In this document: in pieces, positions 27,925 through 38,333 of the stretch
How the letters are laid out: each line of letters opens with the position of its first letter
How positions within the stretch are numbered: position 1 is the stretch's first letter
Source: Longimicrobiales bacterium
Lineage (GTDB): Bacteria; Gemmatimonadota; Gemmatimonadetes; Longimicrobiales; Gaopeijiaceae
Length of the DNA: 64,000 nucleotides
Assembly: GCA_965226375.1 (NCBI GenBank)
Contig: CBDDCX010000008.1
Location: 416,001-480,000 of the forward strand
Reading direction: 5' to 3'
The notes under the pieces: generated by a model
Seen by the model: only the letters and a program-made list of their open reading frames with translations
The model's database searches: none
What the model was told of the DNA's origin: nothing
Program-made: the position numbers and the translations under genes

Positions 27925-29271
27925 TCAACTGATGGGTCTCTGGGCCCCTTCCGGCCCGTTGTCCCAGTCCTGTACGCTCGAGATGTTGGGCATTCCCCAG
28001 TCGTTTCCGTTCCACCCGTCGAAGCCGCTCATCTTGAAGGCCCAGAAGCCGCTCTCGCCACTGGTGACGATGAGTCCGTCTGCATTCCGCACGTCCACCC
28101 CGAAGGTGCCCTTCATGGAGACGCTGCGGTCGGACGTGTGTTTGTCGGGCATCTCGTACGTGTCGTAGTACGCCACCGTATAGGGGTTCGTGGGATCCAT
28201 CATGTTGAAGACCTGGAGCCCGTCCCGGTATCCGGACACGAACACGTAGGGCCAGCGCACCTCGTGGTTGTGAACGAAGTTTTCCCACTCGACCGTCCAG
28301 GCGCCGATGGCCCGGCGTATGGTGGGCACGTCGCCGTCGAGCCCGGGCTTGAGGTCGAAGATCAAGAGCGGCGCGTGGCTGTACTCCATCTCCCCGACGG
28401 CGTAGCGCCCGTCGGGTGTGGGAGTAAACGTGTGGGCGATGTCCACTCCCGCGAATCCGGTGACCGAGGTGAGGAGCTCGGGCGAGTCCAGGTCGGTCAC
28501 GTCGAACACGTAGTATCCGTTGAGCCCGGACCCGTAAAACTTGTCCTGCCCGGTTCCCGGGTCGTAGCCCACGTAGTAGTCGTGATAGCCGGTCCAGCGG
28601 TAGTCCACGTCCTCGGGGCGCGGGACGTTCCCCACCAGGGGCTCCTCGCCGTTGATGAGCCTCCCCATATCGTACACGTATGCCGAGGTGGCCGAGAGCA
28701 GCGCCCCGAAAAGGAGCACGCGCCCGTCGGAGTGCTGGTACGCGAAGATATTGTGGAATCCTCCGGGCACGTCGGCGGCCCGGATGCGGCCGACCTCCCG
28801 TACGCTGGCCGGATCGGGCAGATCAGTCACGTCGAAGACGATGGCTCCCAGATCGTAGTTCGGCCCTCCGGCCTGGAATTGGAACGATTGGATGTAGTAG
28901 TAGCGACCGTCCAGCTTGAAATACTTGCCGTCGAGGGCGCTGCCGCGGTGCAGCTCCTCGTTCTCGATTCGCCAGCTGTAGATCTTCTCCGGGTTTTCCG
29001 GATCCTCCACGCTGATGATGTCGAAGCCCGTCGACCGCCACCTGCTCATGTAGACGTAGGGCCGATCCATATCCTGCTCGAGCTCGATGTCAGCCGCGGC
29101 TCCCGGGACGTGCGCCAGGATCTCGACGTTGGAGCTGCCCTGTGCACCCGGGGCGGGGTAGCCCTGGGCCGCGGTGGTCGACGGACGCAGGACCAGCAAG
29201 ATGGCTCCGACCACCGTCATTACCCACGGCCTCGAGAGTAGCCGATGCTCGCGCGTGTCTCGTGTGCCCAC
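27925..29271 (-). CDS. Secreted LVIVD-like beta-propeller protein, paralog 2
   Basis: Long identical blocks shared with 26505-27836; GTG start after AGGAGG. Confidence 0.75.
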   Translation of the reverse strand: MGTRDTREHRLLSRPWVMTVVGAILLVLRPSTTAAQGYPAPGAQGSSNVEILAHVPGAAADIELEQDMDRPYVYMSRWRSTGFDIISVEDPENPEKIYSWRIENEELHRGSALDGKYFKLDGRYYYIQSFQFQAGGPNYDLGAIVFDVTDLPDPASVREVGRIRAADVPGGFHNIFAYQHSDGRVLLFGALLSATSAYVYDMGRLINGEEPLVGNVPRPEDVDYRWTGYHDYYVGYDPGTGQDKFYGSGLNGYYVFDVTDLDSPELLTSVTGFAGVDIAHTFTPTPDGRYAVGEMEYSHAPLLIFDLKPGLDGDVPTIRRAIGAWTVEWENFVHNHEVRWPYVFVSGYRDGLQVFNMMDPTNPYTVAYYDTYEMPDKHTSDRSVSMKGTFGVDVRNADGLIVTSGESGFWAFKMSGFDGWNGNDWGMPNISSVQDWDNGPEGAQRPIS

Positions 29272-29484
29272 TGGTGCCTCCTGGTCCTCGCAGATTGGCG
29301 TTCCTATATCCCGGCGTTGGGGGATAGACCCCAGGCCGGCCCGGACGATGGTGCAAGAAGGTATGGACTGGCGGCCCGACGGGATAGCGGAACGGTTCTG
29401 GACTGCCAAGCCGGGAGAACGTATGTGTTCTGCCAGCGTTATCCGTCTCAAGCGGACCACCAAATTGCCGGAGTAGCCTTACAG

Positions 29485-30669
29485 ATGCGCATGCCTTTCA
29501 CTCGTTCGGGCCTCCCCCTTCTGATCGCTCTGCTTTCCGCGCCCTTCCTGAACTGGGGCGAAGCGTGCGCCCAGGACGACGCGTTCGTCATCCGCGGCGT
29601 GACCCTCATCGACGGTGTGTCGGAGCGCCCGGTCGAGAGCGCGGCGGTCTCGGTGATCGACGGCCGCATTGTCGCGGTCGGCACGGATGATGCGGTGTCG
29701 GTTCCGGGCGGCACCCGGGTGGTGGACGGGACCGGGAAGTTCCTGATACCGGGACTGTGGGACACGCACGCTCACCTCTCCTACTGGGGTGAAGATGCTC
29801 TCGAGATGTTGGTCAACGCGGGCGTCACGAGCATCCGAGAGCTCGGAGGTGATCCCGACGAGATCGAGGGCTGGAAGAGAGAGATCGAGTCGGGCACACG
29901 CGTTGGCCCGGCGATGATCTGGTGCGGTCCGTTCCTCGAGGGTCCCGAGGCCGAGGATGAGTACAGGTTGAAGGTCGCCACTCAGGCGGAAGGTAGGGCG
30001 GCGGTCCACACGCTAAAGGCGCGTGGAGTCGACTTCCTGAAGATCCAGCCCCGCATCGATCGCGACATCGTGGAAGCCGTCATCGACGAGGCACGATCGG
30101 TGGGTCTCACCGTCGTGGGTCATCTGCCGCAGGGCGTGAACGCGATCGACGGATCGAACATGGGTCTCCGGAGCATCGAGCACATGAGCCCCTACATGCG
30201 GCTCGACGATGCGGAGATGGGGCAGGTCATCGAGACCTATCTGGCTAACGACACCTGGCTCTCTCCGGCGCTCTACAGCATGGTTGCGCCCCTGGAGGCA
30301 CGGGGCGACGACCCGGCCGAGGACGAGCGTGTGCAGCGAGCCAACGCGATCGTACGCCGAGCCCACGAGGCGGGTGTTCCGATCCTGGTGGGGGCGAACT
30401 TCGCCTACCGGGACTGGCCACAGAAGCCCGGCTCGGGCTTGCACGGAGAAATGAGGGCACTGGTGCAGGCCGGGCTGCCTGCCATGGACGTTATCAAGCT
30501 CTCCACGAGTCGGGCTGCAGAGTTCTCGGGTGTGACCGACCGGGGCTCGATTCAGCCGGGGCTCTGGGCCGATATGGTGCTGTTAGACGCTGATCCACTG
30601 GCCGACATCGGCAACACCGAGCGCATCGCGGCGGTGATTCAGCGGGGCCGGTTCATCACGGGGCGCTGA
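29485..30669 (+). CDS. Metal-dependent amidohydrolase family protein, secreted
   Basis: LIPGLWDTHAH, FLK, VGH, SIEH, GLWADMVLLDADPL. Confidence 0.9.
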   Translation: MRMPFTRSGLPLLIALLSAPFLNWGEACAQDDAFVIRGVTLIDGVSERPVESAAVSVIDGRIVAVGTDDAVSVPGGTRVVDGTGKFLIPGLWDTHAHLSYWGEDALEMLVNAGVTSIRELGGDPDEIEGWKREIESGTRVGPAMIWCGPFLEGPEAEDEYRLKVATQAEGRAAVHTLKARGVDFLKIQPRIDRDIVEAVIDEARSVGLTVVGHLPQGVNAIDGSNMGLRSIEHMSPYMRLDDAEMGQVIETYLANDTWLSPALYSMVAPLEARGDDPAEDERVQRANAIVRRAHEAGVPILVGANFAYRDWPQKPGSGLHGEMRALVQAGLPAMDVIKLSTSRAAEFSGVTDRGSIQPGLWADMVLLDADPLADIGNTERIAAVIQRGRFITGR

Positions 30670-31996
30670 TCAGCACGAGATCCTCCTGGGGCTCGCACAG
30701 GTATTCGCCACCATTCTCGGTCACTAGGCCCATCTCTTCGATGGTGATGGACTTGGTACCGGTCACGCCGTCGTCTTCGGCGGGCCAGACCGCGTTCCCG
30801 TCATAGCCGAACATCATTCCGGGCTCGAGTTCGCGTAGCTGATTTCCTCGGGGTGGCGTCCCGGTATCGTAGCCACCGATGCTCGGACCCACATCATGGG
30901 CCCAATACCCGACCGGGTGACCGGTGCTCGCCCAATGTCTGAGCGAGCCCCTCTCCCTCTGCCATTCGATCTGGACCCTGTCCACCTCCCAGCCCTTCAC
31001 GCCCGGACGCATAGCCTCGAGCATCTTCCGGCTGCTGAGCTTGGCTGTCTCCCAGGAATGCGTGATCTCTTCCGGTGGCTCGGTCTCGCCGGGACGCAGG
31101 ACGTACGCAAACCGTTGAAGGTCGGTATGCCAGGTGTCGAATACGGTGACGCCGGCGTCGATGTTGATCAGGTCACCTGGCTTTATCAGCCGCGCCAGAT
31201 CACTCCCGCGCCCCCGGTCGAGACCGGTCGTGATGCCCGGATTACCGCGCCAGGAGTGATCGAGGCCGAGACCCTCGATGCGATCGCGGATGGTCTGGTG
31301 TAGGTCGCCGTTGGTCGTTTGGCCGGGCACCACCGTCAGGAACGCCTCACGCTCGATCAAATCCGTGATCTCGGCGGCTTTCCGAATGATCGCGACCTCC
31401 GCCGGGATCTTTACGCTCAGCCACCGGATGACGAGCTCTTGTGACGATGTCAGTCGGCTCGCAAGTGTGGCCCCGAGCGCGGCTCTGAGCTTGGCATCCT
31501 GTGTGGCCGTGAGCCCGTCCGCGGCCGCCAGGTCGCTCCGGTTGACCGCGATGGAGCGCGACCCCGCCGCGCGGAGTTCGGTCGCTACGGCGGCGTATAC
31601 GTCCTGGTCGCGTTCGCGGGCCTCGACCCTCGAGTTCGGAGAGCGCTCTCGGATCGTGATGACCTCGCTGGACGGCGTGATGATGACCCGGTCGACACCC
31701 TCGGCAGTGCGAAAGAAGAGGTAGGCGGCGTCGCCTCCGGCAGACTCTCCTCCCACATGGATTGCCAGAGGGTCGTTGGCGTTCTCTCGGCAGAACACCA
31801 CCCAGGCGTCGACGCCTGCGGCGTCCATAGCCGCGGGCAGCAGAGTCCGGATCCGCTCCTCTCGTATGTCGGGCCAGGGATCACCCTGCCGAAGTTCGGC
31901 TGCCAGCCGCTCGATGGGCCCCTCCGACGGTTGCTCGACCGGGGCGGCGCATGCGAGGAACACAGAAGTAGCCACCAGCATCCTTGTCACACTCAT
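30656..31996 (-). CDS. M24 family metallopeptidase (lipoprotein)
   Basis: Lipobox FLAC; IDAG...TDLQR, GHPVGYWAHDVG, IEEM. Confidence 0.87.
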   Translation of the reverse strand: MSVTRMLVATSVFLACAAPVEQPSEGPIERLAAELRQGDPWPDIREERIRTLLPAAMDAAGVDAWVVFCRENANDPLAIHVGGESAGGDAAYLFFRTAEGVDRVIITPSSEVITIRERSPNSRVEARERDQDVYAAVATELRAAGSRSIAVNRSDLAAADGLTATQDAKLRAALGATLASRLTSSQELVIRWLSVKIPAEVAIIRKAAEITDLIEREAFLTVVPGQTTNGDLHQTIRDRIEGLGLDHSWRGNPGITTGLDRGRGSDLARLIKPGDLINIDAGVTVFDTWHTDLQRFAYVLRPGETEPPEEITHSWETAKLSSRKMLEAMRPGVKGWEVDRVQIEWQRERGSLRHWASTGHPVGYWAHDVGPSIGGYDTGTPPRGNQLRELEPGMMFGYDGNAVWPAEDDGVTGTKSITIEEMGLVTENGGEYLCEPQEDLVLISAP

Positions 31997-32236
31997 GTCG
32001 GTCTCCTTCGCTCGAACGACTGCGCGGGTGACGGCTACCATGCGCCGGTGACAAGCGGGCCGCTAGTGGCTGCCGGAGTACTGGCCGACTGTGAGGGGAC
32101 CGCGCATGCAAGCGATAGGCACGCGCCGCCTCGTCCTCGGGTGGCCGCAATGGACGGAGCAGGGTAATTATGGTCGGTAGATGACTCCCCGCTCCGCCTA
32201 CGGCCTCCTCCACTCTTTGTCATAGGATATCGAGCT

Positions 32237-33568
32237 ATGAGAGCAGCATATGCGACGCTCGCGCTTTCTCTGCTTGTTCCGACGCTGACCGGGGCGCAAA
32301 ACCTGCCCTCCCGCGAGCGTACTCAGCCGATGAACCGTGTGCTCACGCACCGGGAACAGGCTCCCATCGTCCGCTCCCGTATCGTGAAGCGCTTCGAGAC
32401 GGTACTCCCGGAGCTCATGCGCCGGGAAGGGATCGACATGTGGATCATGGTCACGAGGGAGTACAACAACGACCCCGTGTTCCAGTCCATGGCGCCGCTC
32501 ACCACTTATTCATCCCGGCGCCGGACGATTCTGGTCTTCTACGATCGAGGTGAAGCGTTGGGGGTGGAGCGGCTCTCCATCGGGCGGTCCGACTACGATG
32601 GGCTCTTCGAGGTGGTACGTACGCACAACGATGCGCAGTACGAGGGGCTCCTCCAGGTGGTCGAGGCCCGCGATCCAGAGCGTATCGGCATCAACGTATC
32701 CCAGTACTGGAACCATGCGGATGGTCTCACGGCCAACGAGCGTGACAACATCCAGGAGGCCCTCGGGCCCGAGTACTCGTCCCGCCTCACTTCCGCGGAG
32801 ATGCTGGCCGTGGGGTGGCTAGAGGTGAAGCTCCCCGAGGAAACCGATCAGTACCGGTTCGTCATGCGGATCGCCCACCAAGTGATCGCCGAGGCTTTCT
32901 CGAACCAGGTAATCGTGCCGGGGGTGACCACAACGGAGGACGTCCGTTGGTGGATGCGCCAGCGCGTGGCCGAGCTCGGACTGGGGCAGTGGTTCCATCC
33001 GTCGGTGAGCGTACAACGGCAGGGTGGTGCAGAAGCGGGGGCCGACGGTGTCGTCATCCGGCGCGGCGATATGCTCCACACGGATTTCGGCATCATCCAC
33101 CTCGGCTACTCCACGGACACCCAACACAACGCCTACGTGCTCCGGTACGGGGAGACCGATGCCCCGGCGGGGCTCAAGGCCGGGCTGGCGGCAGCCAATC
33201 GACTGCAAGATCTCAACATGGAATACGCCGAGATCGGTGGAACGGGGAACGAGGCCTTGGCCGGTGCTCTGGCTCAGGCCGAGCGTGAGGGCCTGGACGC
33301 CACCATCTACTCCCATCCCATCGGTTACCACGGCCACGGCGCGGGGCCTCCTATCGGCATGACCGACTATCAGGATGGGGTACCGGTTCGCGGTGATGCC
33401 GTCCTACATCCGAACACCTGGCGGTCCATCGAGCTCAACGTCAGGCACCCGGTGCCCGAGTGGGACGATCAGGAGGTACGCTTCGCTCTGGAGGAAGACG
33501 CCGTGCTCACCGAGGACGGATGGGAGTGGATCGGGGGCCGTCAGTCGGAGTTCTACCTGATCAGGTAA
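32237..33568 (+). CDS. M24 family metallopeptidase, secreted
   Basis: TDFG...TDTQH, HPIGYHGHGAG, IELN, LEED. Confidence 0.9.
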   Translation: MRAAYATLALSLLVPTLTGAQNLPSRERTQPMNRVLTHREQAPIVRSRIVKRFETVLPELMRREGIDMWIMVTREYNNDPVFQSMAPLTTYSSRRRTILVFYDRGEALGVERLSIGRSDYDGLFEVVRTHNDAQYEGLLQVVEARDPERIGINVSQYWNHADGLTANERDNIQEALGPEYSSRLTSAEMLAVGWLEVKLPEETDQYRFVMRIAHQVIAEAFSNQVIVPGVTTTEDVRWWMRQRVAELGLGQWFHPSVSVQRQGGAEAGADGVVIRRGDMLHTDFGIIHLGYSTDTQHNAYVLRYGETDAPAGLKAGLAAANRLQDLNMEYAEIGGTGNEALAGALAQAEREGLDATIYSHPIGYHGHGAGPPIGMTDYQDGVPVRGDAVLHPNTWRSIELNVRHPVPEWDDQEVRFALEEDAVLTEDGWEWIGGRQSEFYLIR

Positions 33569-33606
33569 TCGAGCGAGTCTGGGTCCGTGAGTGACCGTCC
33601 GGCCTT

Positions 33607-34839
33607 CTAGGAGTCCAGCCCGAAAAACGTCTCGACGGGAGGTACCGCCGTGGGTACGAAAGACGATCTCGTCGTGGGTGACCATCCACCGACGGCCGAG
33701 GAGCCCATGGCGTTGAAGAGCTCCATATGGCCATCGACCACGCGACGACGCTCGTCCTCGTTCGGTTCCAGAGACCACTCTCCGCGCTCGTTCGTGCCGC
33801 CGAGGATGATGCCGTCACTCCGCGACAACATGTGGAGATTGCCACCTCCCCCTCCAGGAAGACCGCCGATGGTGGAGTAGTTCACCTCCGATTGAGGGAC
33901 CATCACGGTGAGCTGGCCCTTCACCGGAACGAGCTCCTGGTCGTCGAACAGAGCCTTGGAGCCCAGGCCTGTACAGTTGACGACAACCGCTTCTTCCAGC
34001 GCCGCCATGTCCCGGGGTGTATCGAACTTTCGGATGACGATGCGGCCCCCGAAGAGTACGAAATCCTCCATCAGAGCGTCGAGGTAGATGGAGGGCTCGA
34101 TCCGCAACGACGGTCGGGAGCTGGCATATCTCGAAGGAAACGGATGCTCACCGGGTTGCAGAATGACCCGGCCGGTACGCGCCGCGGGCGGGAGCAGCCG
34201 TGCCGCACCCTGGGCCGTTCCGGCCGCAGGCAACTCGTTCATCATGGAGTAGCTGTTCACCCACGAGACGCCGTACTTGGGGCCGACGAGGAGCTGGAGA
34301 CGCCTATACGCGATTTCCACGGCACGTCGAAACTGGGCGTCCCATTCCAGGGTGCGACCCCCGACTTCCACGAGGCCCGAGGTCGGGGTAAAACTCGCCC
34401 ACGACATGTTGGAGGTCGTATTGGGCGGCAGGGCCATGGCGTAGATGGTGACGTCGAAGCCTCTCTGCTGGAGCTGTCGACCCGTCGTCAGCCCCGCCAC
34501 CCCGCTCCCGATCACTGCTGCACGGCGGGATTCTTGTTCGAGGGCCAGTGCGGCGGCCAGGTCCGCGGTGCCCCAGGAGAGGGACATGCCGGCTCCACCA
34601 TGCCCGTAGTTATGGACGAGCGTCTTGTCGTCCAACTTGTCGGCCTTGACCACGAACCCGGAGCGTCGGTGAGGGCGGAGGCCCACGGTGGTGCGGATAA
34701 CCCGCTCCCAAGATGCCTCTACCGGGGCGAGCCTCACCGGAGTCCGCGTGGATGCAGATCCGGGACCAGTGGCACAACCACCGAAACCGAGTCCCAAGAC
34801 TCCCATTCCACCGGTCTTGAGCAACGTCCGCCTGTCCAT
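33607..34839 (-). CDS. D-amino-acid oxidase-like flavoprotein with Tat/lipoprotein signal and permuted motif order
   Basis: MDRRTLLK...GGC; GLRP and HNYGHGGAG precede AVIGSGVAG; VVNCTGLG, PVKGQ. Confidence 0.85.
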   Translation of the reverse strand: MDRRTLLKTGGMGVLGLGFGGCATGPGSASTRTPVRLAPVEASWERVIRTTVGLRPHRRSGFVVKADKLDDKTLVHNYGHGGAGMSLSWGTADLAAALALEQESRRAAVIGSGVAGLTTGRQLQQRGFDVTIYAMALPPNTTSNMSWASFTPTSGLVEVGGRTLEWDAQFRRAVEIAYRRLQLLVGPKYGVSWVNSYSMMNELPAAGTAQGAARLLPPAARTGRVILQPGEHPFPSRYASSRPSLRIEPSIYLDALMEDFVLFGGRIVIRKFDTPRDMAALEEAVVVNCTGLGSKALFDDQELVPVKGQLTVMVPQSEVNYSTIGGLPGGGGGNLHMLSRSDGIILGGTNERGEWSLEPNEDERRRVVDGHMELFNAMGSSAVGGWSPTTRSSFVPTAVPPVETFFGLDS

Positions 34840-35139
34840 CACTGGCCTCTCTCGTAGGAAACGACGATATGGTGGGCCCTCGGGAGCTTGAGTCTGCACG
34901 AGGTGCGCCGATGAGGACCGCCGATGTGGGACAGGGTGCCGACCCGTGTCGGGGCCGTCAAGCACTGTGGCCGTGTGGATGAGACTGGACGTGTCCCACC
35001 ACCGACGGGTCGGGTGGGCGTGACCGTTCGAGGAACCCGGACCGGGGCAGGACGAGTTCTTATCGGGACTGCCGTATGGCGACGGGCCACCGGGGTCCGG
35101 GACGAAGCCACACGGCTACTCACCTCGTGGAGACCGATA

Positions 35140-36369
35140 GTGAACTATCGACGACGAATTCTGGGGACCCTTTACTGCGTGCTCGTCCTCGCCGCGTGCT
35201 CGAGTGATGATGGCTCCGGGTTGGACGATGGCGGTGGACAACCCGGAGGACAGCCGGGCGATGGAGGGCAGGGTGGTGCTGTCGAGCAGATGATCGTGGA
35301 CAACACCGACTTCGATTGGACACGCACCCTGGTCGATCGAGGCACTAAGCCCCACATCGCCCTGCGGCAGGGCGACCCGGTCATTGCCTACATGCTCGAA
35401 CGCATCGGCGATGCGGGTTTCGTCCGGGTGGTGCAGGGCGGTGGTGGGACCCTGGGTGGTCCGGAGACTCTCCAAACCGGGTACCACTATGGGCCGCTCG
35501 ATGTGGCGGTCGGCTCGGCCGGTACGGTGGCCGTGGCCTACCACAATCATGATTGGGAGGACGGTGCCGTTGCTGTGCTCGAGAACGATACCTGGGAAAT
35601 CTCACGGATCTCACACTCGGGGCATGACGGCTGGGACTTGTCCATCGCGTTCGCCGCCGACGGCACGATACATACGCTCGGCATCGACCCGTCTCAGTTC
35701 GGCACTTCGCAGTCTATCGAGCACGCGGTGTTCGACGGTGCCTCTTGGCAAGTCCAGAGTGTCGGTTCCGGACCTCAGCCGTACGAATGGGGCACGGACC
35801 TGGCGATCGACTCGGAGGGTGTGCTCCATGGCGTGTATCACACCGTTTCGGGACGGGACTTGATCTACGCCCGGAACGACGGAGAGAGCTGGACCCTGAC
35901 CCCGATCTATGAGCAAGGCGATGCAGGTCGCTTTGCCGCGATCACGGTCGACGGCAACGATGATGTTCATGTAGCCTTCTTCCAGTCGAACGATGTGGTC
36001 CTCGATGCGGGTCAGGCTACTGGGAGCATCATTTACGGAAACAACGCTGCGGGTGAGTGGCAGTTCCAGGAGGCGGGCACCGTAGCAAGCCACATCCTGG
36101 GTATGGAGGGAGCGCGGCGCACCGTGGCGTTGGCCGTGGCCGATCAGACGGCTTACGTGGCGTTCATCGACACGGACAAGCTACACGTGGCGCGGATCGC
36201 GGGTGGTGATGTCCGTTCGACCCTGGTCGCCGAAGCGGGTGACGACCCTTTCCAGGTCGTGAGCCTCGCGGTAGACGGGCAGGATCAGGTCCACCTCGTC
36301 TACTCGACCGTGACCACGCCGAGTCCTCTGGACGGACAGGTCTGGTACCTGACCGGATCGCCTCGCTGA
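35140..36369 (+). CDS. Lipoprotein with repeated beta-propeller-like units, function unknown
   Basis: Lipobox LAAC; recurring (L/I)AxDxxGxxHxxY and GxxW repeats. Confidence 0.7.
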   Translation: MNYRRRILGTLYCVLVLAACSSDDGSGLDDGGGQPGGQPGDGGQGGAVEQMIVDNTDFDWTRTLVDRGTKPHIALRQGDPVIAYMLERIGDAGFVRVVQGGGGTLGGPETLQTGYHYGPLDVAVGSAGTVAVAYHNHDWEDGAVAVLENDTWEISRISHSGHDGWDLSIAFAADGTIHTLGIDPSQFGTSQSIEHAVFDGASWQVQSVGSGPQPYEWGTDLAIDSEGVLHGVYHTVSGRDLIYARNDGESWTLTPIYEQGDAGRFAAITVDGNDDVHVAFFQSNDVVLDAGQATGSIIYGNNAAGEWQFQEAGTVASHILGMEGARRTVALAVADQTAYVAFIDTDKLHVARIAGGDVRSTLVAEAGDDPFQVVSLAVDGQDQVHLVYSTVTTPSPLDGQVWYLTGSPR

Positions 36370-36442
36370 GGGGGCGCCGGACGGCACGATCTTGTGGGGG
36401 CTTACGGAGTGACCTGCGCGGACCGAGGGCAGGCCGCGTGGT

Positions 36443-37048
36443 TCAGGGCAACTCCGCAACGCGAAGGTTTCGCCATCGGACCTTGATACCACCCCCGGAG
36501 TGGATTTGTAATGCAATAACGCCTTCGGCCGCACCGATGGCCGGGTCCGTCAGGTCGATCATTTCGACACCGTTCAACCAGGTCGTCACTCGGCCGCCCA
36601 CGACCCTCACTCGCATGGTGTTCCACTCGCCCCTGCGAAGGGCTCGGTCCTTGTCCTCTGTCGGTTGAATCAGCCAGCCGCGTCCGTAGGATTCGTAGAT
36701 TCCGCCAGTCCACAGACCCGGTGGAGCGACCTCGGCCTGCCATCCGGTTATGCGGGTGCCGTCTAGGGAGGAACGGAAGAACACTCCGCTATTGCCGTCG
36801 GCCTCCTGCCTGAACTCGAGCGTCAGGTCGAAGTCCGTGTAGACCCGCTCGGTCGCCAGATATCCGTACTTGGCGTCGGGGCCGCTCTCGCACACGAGTT
36901 CACCGTTTTCGACATACCACAGCTCGGTCCCGTGTATTTTCCAACCGGTGAGGTCGACACCGTTGAACAGCGGGGCGTGCTGGGCGGCGGCTTTCGGGGT
37001 GTGCCAACACAGGGCGACAACGAGGACGGCGACGGCAGAGGATTTCAT
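36443..37048 (-). CDS. DUF1080 (3-keto-disaccharide hydrolase-like) protein
   Basis: LFNGVDLTGW, NSGVFFR, GEWN, IALQIH, WRNLRV. Confidence 0.9.
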   Translation of the reverse strand: MKSSAVAVLVVALCWHTPKAAAQHAPLFNGVDLTGWKIHGTELWYVENGELVCESGPDAKYGYLATERVYTDFDLTLEFRQEADGNSGVFFRSSLDGTRITGWQAEVAPPGLWTGGIYESYGRGWLIQPTEDKDRALRRGEWNTMRVRVVGGRVTTWLNGVEMIDLTDPAIGAAEGVIALQIHSGGGIKVRWRNLRVAELP

Positions 37049-37062
37049 TTCGAGCCCCTCGC

Positions 37063-38307
37063 TCAGTTACTCAACCGATTGTAGGCGCTCAAGAGCTCAC
37101 GGAGTCGGTCGTGCGGAATCGCATCGGAGCGATTGCCATCTCGTCCGACCATGGTCTCGGCTGCGACCATCGCGTTGATGATGGCTTCCTCCGTGGCCTC
37201 GACCGTGGCCCCGAACAGCGCGCTGATCTGGGAGTTGCTCAGCATCGTGATCTCGGCTGTGGGGCGGGCGCCGGCGGTGCCTCCGTTCGCCGTGGAGAAC
37301 GCCACGAAGATGTCGCCGGAGCCGTTCCCGGAAATGCCTCCCGTACGTGCCACTCCCAGCGACGCCCTACGAGCGATTCTCTTGAGCTGATGGGGGAGTA
37401 GTGGCGCGTCCGTGGCTACGACGATGATGATGGAGCCACGGCCCTCCCGTTCGAGGTTGATCTCGAATCCGGCCACGGGGTCGGCCTCGTCCCCCGCTGC
37501 CGAATCGATGCCGGCTCCACGCTCCTGCTCGCGCGCGAACTCCATCCCCATGGGGACGCCGGCGATAGTCAGTCCCCGCCCTCCACCGAAGTTCGCCTGC
37601 ACCAGGACGCCAACGGTGTAGCCTCCCGCCCCCAGACCGGCTCTGGACGATGTGCCTATGCCGCACTTGAAACCGAGACAGCGCATGCCGGTGCCGCCGC
37701 CCACGTTGCCCTCTTGGACCGGCCCCGAGGAGGCGTTGTCGATCGCGCTCACCAGGTGCTCGGCTTTGACGTGGAAGCCGTTGATGTCGTTGAGGGATCC
37801 GTCGTATGTCTCGGCCACCACAGGCAGCGACCAGGGCTGGAACGCGGTGCCGTTCGCCCTTTGCCAGGCGATGATCGCGTCCCGCACGACTCCGACGCTG
37901 TGGGTGTTGGTGATGGCGATGGGCCCTTCGAGGAAACCGGATTCCTCGATCCACGTCGTCCCGGTCATCTCACCGTTCCCGTTCAGGGCGAACCAGCCGC
38001 CGAAAACGGGGTCGGCGAGAGCGTCGGCTCGCGGCAGGATGGCCGTAACACCGGTACGCACCGGCCCTTCACCCACGCGTAGCTCACCCTCGCCGCTGAT
38101 GAGCGTCGTATGACCTACGTGCACACCCGCTACGTCCGTGATGGCATTGTAGGGACCGGGAGTCCCTGCGAAGGGCACACCGAGATCCCGGGCCCGCGGC
38201 TTTACTTGTGCGGAGGAGGTGGAGGCCAGGGCGGTCGAGCCCAATACGAATGAGGCCAGGAACAGGACGGCCGCACGGCCGCCGGGTCGAAACAGTGGAC
38301 GTGTCAT
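37063..38307 (-). CDS. dmpA: P1/S58 family aminopeptidase (DmpA-like), secreted
   Basis: NAITDVAGV, NGNGEMTG, VVAETYD, G-SIIIV autoprocessing site, GSGDIF. Confidence 0.9.
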   Translation of the reverse strand: MTRPLFRPGGRAAVLFLASFVLGSTALASTSSAQVKPRARDLGVPFAGTPGPYNAITDVAGVHVGHTTLISGEGELRVGEGPVRTGVTAILPRADALADPVFGGWFALNGNGEMTGTTWIEESGFLEGPIAITNTHSVGVVRDAIIAWQRANGTAFQPWSLPVVAETYDGSLNDINGFHVKAEHLVSAIDNASSGPVQEGNVGGGTGMRCLGFKCGIGTSSRAGLGAGGYTVGVLVQANFGGGRGLTIAGVPMGMEFAREQERGAGIDSAAGDEADPVAGFEINLEREGRGSIIIVVATDAPLLPHQLKRIARRASLGVARTGGISGNGSGDIFVAFSTANGGTAGARPTAEITMLSNSQISALFGATVEATEEAIINAMVAAETMVGRDGNRSDAIPHDRLRELLSAYNRLSN

Positions 38308-38333
38308 AGAATCCTCCAAGCGGAGTGAGTGAG

